Source of the DNA: Desulfuromonadaceae bacterium UBA2294
GTDB taxonomy: Bacteria; Desulfobacterota; Desulfuromonadia; Desulfuromonadales; UBA2294
Direction of reading: 5' to 3'
DNA: 51,634 nucleotides
Assembly: GCA_002345625.1 (NCBI GenBank)
Contig: DDWE01000158.1
Location: forward strand, 1 to 51,634
Shown: positions 46,463-51,634 of the stretch, in pieces
Numbering within the stretch: position 1 is the stretch's first letter
How the letters are laid out: every line of letters begins with the position of its first letter
Translations under genes and position numbers: made by a program
Notes under the pieces: generated by a model
What the model was told of the DNA's origin: nothing
The model's database searches: none
The model's input: the letters and a program-made list of their open reading frames with translations, nothing else

Positions 46463-47701
46463 CTACCAGCCAAGCCATTCCGGACGACGTGGAACCAGCA
46501 CTTCGGCCTGCTTCGTCATCTGTACCTGCTCACCGTCCAGATTGCTTTTGTAAACCGGTATATGCGTGGTACTGCGATGATCGGTTGCCGTCCAGGTCGA
46601 TGGCAGACAGACCCCTTCGAGCCCTTTCGGCACATAGTCAGTCATCGACTCCATCGCTGCCTTGATCGCCGGCCCGTCAATCTTGCCGGCCTTCGCCGCC
46701 TTGGTGATGGCATCGACCATAAACATGGTCGAGCAAGCACCGCGGATGTAGTGCAGGGCGCGGTATTCCTTCCCTTCCGGATCGGACATCGCCGAAATCG
46801 CCTTCATCATCGGATTCTTTTTGGCTTCATCCCAGGGAGTGGCACCGACCACCCAGGCGACGCCGTTGCCGGCCGGGCCGGCCGCCGTGATCGCGGTCTC
46901 GTCCCAACCCCAGATATTGGCCAGAAACTGGGTGTCGACACCAACCGTGCTGCACGACTTGATCAGCGAGATATTGGAGCCGGAGGTGTTACCGAGGTAG
47001 GCATACTGGGCACCGGTGTCTTTCAGGGTCAGGCACTGCGCCTTGGCGTCAGCCGGCTTCAGGGAATAAACAATCGGCGGTAACACTTCAAAACCGAGCT
47101 CTTCTGCGTACGCATTACAGGCATCCTTGGGTGCATTCGGGTAGGGGTGGTTGTCCCCCATATGAACGTATTTCGGCTTCCCCTTACCGCCTTTCGCCTT
47201 CCAGTCGTCCATTGCCCATTGCACCAGACCGCGGCAGGCATCAGAGTAGGACGGGCTGTAGTAGAAATTGTAAGGTGCGGCAAACTTGGCATGTGAGGAA
47301 GAGCCGACCGGGTCGGTCAGGTGCCCGGAATAGGAGGCCGAGATATAGGGAATCTGGTCTTCAGTGACAAATCTAACCAGGGCTTCAGTATCGGCCGTCC
47401 CCCACCCTTGAATGGCGACCGGTTTCAGATCGGATTTCCAGCCTTTGTAGGTCGCCACGGCGCGTGGCGCATTGTAACCGTAGTCGACAGTATCAAGCTT
47501 GATAGTCTGGCCGGCAATGCCGCCATTTTTGTTAACGTAGTTTACGGCATCGATAACGGCCGGACCGTAGTGGGCACCGACGTCAGAGGTCGGGCCGGTA
47601 AAGGCATTGAGGTGACCGATGGGGATCTCCCCGGCGAACGTGGAGCCGGCGCCAAGACACAACAGGCCGGCAACAACAACAAAGGCACAGCTCTTCTTCA
47701 T
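46463..47701 (-). CDS. ABC transporter substrate-binding protein (LivK / Peripla_BP_6-like)
   Basis: ORF trimmed to ATG 47701 (MKKSCAFVVVAGLLCLGAGSTFAGE, GAGGAG SD). Has a signal peptide and lies between livM and livF. Confidence 0.85.
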   Translation of the reverse strand: MKKSCAFVVVAGLLCLGAGSTFAGEIPIGHLNAFTGPTSDVGAHYGPAVIDAVNYVNKNGGIAGQTIKLDTVDYGYNAPRAVATYKGWKSDLKPVAIQGWGTADTEALVRFVTEDQIPYISASYSGHLTDPVGSSSHAKFAAPYNFYYSPSYSDACRGLVQWAMDDWKAKGGKGKPKYVHMGDNHPYPNAPKDACNAYAEELGFEVLPPIVYSLKPADAKAQCLTLKDTGAQYAYLGNTSGSNISLIKSCSTVGVDTQFLANIWGWDETAITAAGPAGNGVAWVVGATPWDEAKKNPMMKAISAMSDPEGKEYRALHYIRGACSTMFMVDAITKAAKAGKIDGPAIKAAMESMTDYVPKGLEGVCLPSTWTATDHRSTTHIPVYKSNLDGEQVQMTKQAEVLVPRRPEWLGW

Positions 47702-47769
47702 CGTCTTCTCCTCTTTGAAAAGTTCAAAAAAGTAACAACCAAACCGGGAACACCCCGGGACACCAACCA

Positions 47770-48834
47770 TCAATAAGCAAAAGGGTAGAGCTTCCAGTAA
47801 GCTTTAATCCTCTGCCATCGGTGGGCCAGACCATCCGGCTCAAACAGCAGGAAAAGAACAATCGCCAGACCGATGGCCATCTCCTTGATATAAGCGAGGG
47901 CCTGGTTCAGACCGGGGAACGAACCACTGATCATTCCGACGCCGGCCTCCATCACCTCCGGGAGCAGAACCATAAACGCCGTCCCGAGCAGCGAACCGGA
48001 GATCGATCCCAGACCGCCGATAATGACCATGCCGAGAAACTGGATGGACAACACAATGGTGAACTGCTCGGCAGAGACAAAACCGAGAAAATGGCCATAA
48101 AGAGCGCCACCGATACCGGCATAAAAAGCCGAGAGGCCAAAGGAGAGGATGCGATACCGGGTCAGATTGATCCCCATGATCTCGGCCGACAGATAATGAT
48201 CGCGCACGGCCACCAGGGCGCGACCATCTCGGGTGCGCATCAGGTTGGTCGCCAGCAGGTACAGCACCAGAACAAAGGCATAGACGACAAAAAAATACGA
48301 GCGTTCACTGCTGAAGGGGACATCGAACAGGCGGAACGAATCGGCCATGGCCCCGGAGGAGCCTCCGGTGAACCATTCGGCCCGGGAAAAGAAATCCTCG
48401 AGGATGAACTGGGAAGCGAGGGTGGCAATCGCCAGATACAGCCCCTTGATCCGCCCGGCCGGAATCCCGACGCCCAGACCGACCAGCAGGGTCAACACAC
48501 CGGACAAGGGGATGGCAAGAGCGACCGGGATGCCGAAACGGTTGTTGAGCCAGGCCGAAGCAAAAGCGCCGAAACCAAAAAAAGCTGCGTGACCGAGGGA
48601 GATCTGGCCGGTGAAACCGACGACGATATTGAGGCCGAGCGCGGCGATTCCGAAACAACCGATCTGGATGAGCAGGGTCAGGTAGTAACCGTTGAACACC
48701 AGCGGCGCAAACAGCAGCGCGACCATGAATGTCAGGGCAAAATTACGCGTGAACGGCGTGGCAAAGACGGTCGTATCCCTGGCATAGGAGGTGCGAAAAT
48801 CGCCACAGGGGCGCAAGGACTGTCCGGATGACAT
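47770..48834 (-). CDS. livM: Branched-chain amino acid-type ABC transporter permease (LivM-like)
   Basis: Polytopic membrane protein with GQISLGHAAFFGFGAF and FGLSAFYAGIGGAL motifs. Confidence 0.9.
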   Translation of the reverse strand: MSSGQSLRPCGDFRTSYARDTTVFATPFTRNFALTFMVALLFAPLVFNGYYLTLLIQIGCFGIAALGLNIVVGFTGQISLGHAAFFGFGAFASAWLNNRFGIPVALAIPLSGVLTLLVGLGVGIPAGRIKGLYLAIATLASQFILEDFFSRAEWFTGGSSGAMADSFRLFDVPFSSERSYFFVVYAFVLVLYLLATNLMRTRDGRALVAVRDHYLSAEIMGINLTRYRILSFGLSAFYAGIGGALYGHFLGFVSAEQFTIVLSIQFLGMVIIGGLGSISGSLLGTAFMVLLPEVMEAGVGMISGSFPGLNQALAYIKEMAIGLAIVLFLLFEPDGLAHRWQRIKAYWKLYPFAY

Positions 48835-48839
48835 AGCGA

Positions 48840-49733
48840 TTAGATCCTCTCGATATCCTTGGTGCCGAACAGACCATAGGGGCGAATCATCAGGATAATG
48901 ACCAGAGCATAAAACGGGGCCACTGAGTACAGGTTACCTATGTGCAGGTACTGTCCATCGACAAATTCAGCCAAGTTCTCCAGCACACCGATGATCAGGC
49001 CACCGACGACCGCGCCGACGATGGAATCGAGACCGCCGAGAATCACCGCCGGAAAGACTTTGATGCCGAAAAACGACAGGGCCGACGAGACGCCATTGAC
49101 CATGCCGATGACGATGCCGGCCAGAGCCGAGACCACAGCTGAAATCGCCCAGGCCCCTGCAAAGACATTTTTCACCGAAATACCCAGGCTCTGCGCCACC
49201 TGCTGATTAAAAGCGGTCGCCCGCATCGCCAATCCGGCCTTGGAGAAGCGGAAAAAATAGTAAAAAGCCGCCATGATGACGAGGGAGATCACCATGCTCA
49301 TGACGTAAGGCGTCTGCACCTGCAGTCCAAACACATCAATACTTTCGGTCGAAAACGCCTGGGGGTACGGGCGTGGAAAGCCGCCGAACATCCAGCCCAT
49401 CAACGACTGGAAGAACATCGACAGACCGATGGTGACCATAATCACGGAAATAATCGGTTCACCGATCATCGGTCGCAGCACCAGAACCTGCAGGGCGATG
49501 CCGAACACCACCATAAAACAGAGCGTCAACGGGAAGCCGGCCCAAAATGGCAGTTCAAAACGGACCAGCAGCCACCAGCAGGTCCAGGCACCGATCAACA
49601 GGAATTCACCCTGGGCAAAGTTGACCACCTTGGTCGACTTGTAGATCAAAACAAAACACATGGCGACCACCCCGTAAAGAGTGCCGATGATCAGGCCGTT
49701 GATCAGCAACTGGCCGAGTAGACTGCTATTCAT
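48840..49733 (-). CDS. livH: Branched-chain amino acid-type ABC transporter permease (LivH-like)
   Basis: LINGLIIGTLYGVVAM...VNFAQGEF motifs. Its ATG overlaps the upstream stop (ATGA). Confidence 0.9.
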   Translation of the reverse strand: MNSSLLGQLLINGLIIGTLYGVVAMCFVLIYKSTKVVNFAQGEFLLIGAWTCWWLLVRFELPFWAGFPLTLCFMVVFGIALQVLVLRPMIGEPIISVIMVTIGLSMFFQSLMGWMFGGFPRPYPQAFSTESIDVFGLQVQTPYVMSMVISLVIMAAFYYFFRFSKAGLAMRATAFNQQVAQSLGISVKNVFAGAWAISAVVSALAGIVIGMVNGVSSALSFFGIKVFPAVILGGLDSIVGAVVGGLIIGVLENLAEFVDGQYLHIGNLYSVAPFYALVIILMIRPYGLFGTKDIERI

Positions 49734-51634
49734 GCGACATCCCTCCTGACGGGAGACGGGTTCCTGCCAGCGGCACGTCCGTCATGATCGGCTTGCAGAG
49801 TGACAACTTCAAGTTTGGTTTTCACCGGGGTCGTCGTGCCGTCCTGAAAGGTGATGATCGTATCGACCGGAACCTGATCGTCACCGCTGTAGACCGACTC
49901 AATAATGCTGAAATATTTCTCCCGCACCACTCCGCGACGCACCTTTCGGGTCCGGGTCAGTTCGCCATCATCAGCGTCGAGCTGCTTATACAGTAGCAAA
50001 AATTTGCGGATTCTCTGAGCCGGCGGCAGGGTGGCATTGACGGTCTCAATCTCGCTGCGGATCAGCTCATAGACCTCCGGCATTGCCGACAGGTTGATGT
50101 AGTTGGTAAAGGCGATCCGGCGCTGCTCCGCCCACTTGGAGACGATTTCAAAGCGGATACAGACCATGGCAAAGAGCCAGGGCCGTTGATGGCCGATGAT
50201 CACTGCCTCAGCAATGTACGGTGAAAATTTGAGTTTGTTCTCGATAAACTGGGGCGAAAACTTACTGCCGGCAGCGGTGGTGGCCAGATCGCCAATGCGA
50301 TCGATCACCACCAGCTGCTGGTTGTTCGGATTGAAATAGCCGGCATCACCGGTGCGCATCCAGCCCTCGGAGTCGAGGGACTTACGGGTCTCTTCCTCAT
50401 TCTTGTAGTAACCGGCGAACATCCCCGGCGTACGGGCGACGATCTCACCAACCCCATTTTCATCAGCGTCGGCAATCCGCACCTGGCTGTTGCGCAAAGG
50501 CACCCCGACCGAGTCGAAATCGACGGCGTCGGCGGCGTGGATGGTGTAGGCGCCAGCGAGTTCGGTCTGGCCATAGATCTGCCGCAGGGGAACCCCCATG
50601 GCGAGGAAGAAGCGAAAGGTATCCGGTCCCAGCGCCGCACCGCCGGTGGCCGCCGAGCGCAGGTTAAAAAAGCCGAGGCGATCGCGCAGAGCACGAAACA
50701 ACAGCAGGTTGGCCAGCCACGAGCGACCGCCGCGCAGGGCAGCACGTTCAGACATCGCCATCCCCCAGCGATAGAGCAGGCGTTTGAGCGGTGTCGAATC
50801 CATCATGCGCGCTTTGATATCCGCCGCCAGCGATTCCCAGACCCGTGGCGCCAGCAACACAAAAGTCGGGCCGATTTCACGCATGTCGGCCATCAAGGTT
50901 TCCGGCTCCTCAACGAAATTGACCGTGGTACGTGACAGCAGGCCAAGAGCCACGGCGTAGACCTGCTCCATGATCCAGGGCAGCGGCAGGGAAGAGACGT
51001 AATTATCCCCCGGCAGGCGGGGATCGACTTCCAGATAATCGACACACTGCAGCAACAAGGGTCCGGACTGCAACATGGCCAGCTTCGGATTAGAGGTGGT
51101 GCCGGAGGTCGGACAGAGGATAGCGACATCTTTGCCGTCGCCAGCAGCGACCAGGGTTGCATAGATGCCGGGGTGCTGCGATTCGATATCACTGCCGCGC
51201 TGGAGTAATTCGGCGAAACTGAGCAGACGGTGATCCTCATACTTGCGCATACCGCGCGGATCAACATAGACAATATAGCGCAGACCGGGGCAGTTATCGG
51301 CGATTTCAAGCAGCTTGTCGACCTGCTCCTCATCCTCTGCGATAATTAACTGGGCTCCGGCATAGTTGATCAGGTAGGTGACTTCTTCGCTGAGTGAATC
51401 CTGGTAAAGCCCGAACACCGCAGCACGCAGGGCATGGGCGGCGATCTCGCTGGCAATCCACTGCGAACGGTTATCACCGATAATGCCGACCACACCGCCC
51501 GGCTCGACGCCAAGAGCATGCATCCCCAAAGCAATCAGTTGAACATTGCGCTGATAAACACTCCAGGTGATCTCGTTCCAGATCCCGTAATCCTTTTCAC
51601 GCAGGGCAATATCGGATGGATAGTGCTGCGCGTT
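49730..51634 (-). CDS. Long-chain-fatty-acid--CoA ligase-like AMP-binding enzyme (5' end lies beyond the right edge)
   Basis: The frame stays open upstream of the ORF-track TTG, up to the window edge (NAQHYPSDIALREKDYGIWNEITWSVYQRNVQLIA-LGMHALG...). Motifs PTSGTTSNPK, GYFNPNNQQLVVIDR and TRTRKVRR. Confidence 0.85.
   Translation of the reverse strand, partial: NAQHYPSDIALREKDYGIWNEITWSVYQRNVQLIALGMHALGVEPGGVVGIIGDNRSQWIASEIAAHALRAAVFGLYQDSLSEEVTYLINYAGAQLIIAEDEEQVDKLLEIADNCPGLRYIVYVDPRGMRKYEDHRLLSFAELLQRGSDIESQHPGIYATLVAAGDGKDVAILCPTSGTTSNPKLAMLQSGPLLLQCVDYLEVDPRLPGDNYVSSLPLPWIMEQVYAVALGLLSRTTVNFVEEPETLMADMREIGPTFVLLAPRVWESLAADIKARMMDSTPLKRLLYRWGMAMSERAALRGGRSWLANLLLFRALRDRLGFFNLRSAATGGAALGPDTFRFFLAMGVPLRQIYGQTELAGAYTIHAADAVDFDSVGVPLRNSQVRIADADENGVGEIVARTPGMFAGYYKNEEETRKSLDSEGWMRTGDAGYFNPNNQQLVVIDRIGDLATTAAGSKFSPQFIENKLKFSPYIAEAVIIGHQRPWLFAMVCIRFEIVSKWAEQRRIAFTNYINLSAMPEVYELIRSEIETVNATLPPAQRIRKFLLLYKQLDADDGELTRTRKVRRGVVREKYFSIIESVYSGDDQVPVDTIITFQDGTTTPVKTKLEVVTLQADHDGRAAGRNPSPVRRDVA

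Noticed and set aside
1-51634. Scan for CRISPR arrays, IS/transposase genes, prophage, toxin-antitoxin or known defence genes, and rRNA genes.
   Set aside because: I saw no regularly spaced direct repeats, no transposase-, integrase- or phage-like translations, and no rRNA-like sequence. The only short repeats are the local hairpins and the TGTTG array reported separately.

Overview
The window is a chromosomal segment dominated by housekeeping genes. It is moderately GC-rich, and gene content and order give the impression of a Desulfuromonadales-like deltaproteobacterium (not verifiable here). About 60 of the 64 genes called (CDS plus tRNAs) are on the minus strand, and many are joined by ATGA-type start/stop overlaps.

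Three blocks match gene orders known from E. coli:
- surE-pcm-(yqaA-like)-nlpD-rpoS, followed by apt and tRNA-Arg(CCT).
- tRNA-Val(GAC)-thrS-infC-rpmI-rplT-pheS-pheT-ihfA, followed by a MerR-family gene.
- yceD-rpmF-plsX-fabH-fabD-fabG-acpP-fabF, followed by rpiB, glyA, a dCMP deaminase, nrdR, ribD-ribE-ribBA-ribH-nusB, a small hypothetical gene and hom.

The left end carries a metal-uptake-like set (HMA protein, DUF2318 protein, FtsX permease fragment), an ExeA/GspB-like pair and an alpha-glucan phosphorylase.

The right third is less standard. It carries mazG, fxsA, yjbQ, a Bax-type glucosaminidase, a NodB deacetylase coupled to a short RSH (RelA/SpoT) homologue, a HIT protein, a coupled tlyA / tetrapyrrole-methylase-fold / U32 trio, and a Liv-type ABC transporter flanked by two AMP-forming ligases. 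The last ligase runs off the right edge.

I found no CRISPR array, IS element, integrase, rRNA gene or recognisable defence system. The best candidates for undescribed biology are:
- the tlyA-methylase-U32 module;
- the HD / degenerate-synthetase / TGS protein coupled to envelope glycan enzymes;
- several regulatory oddities: a probable ATA start for infC, tandem terminators with in-frame Phe codons before pheS, and overlapping divergent promoters between yceD and mazG.

All family assignments come from reading the translations and recalling motifs. No searches were run.
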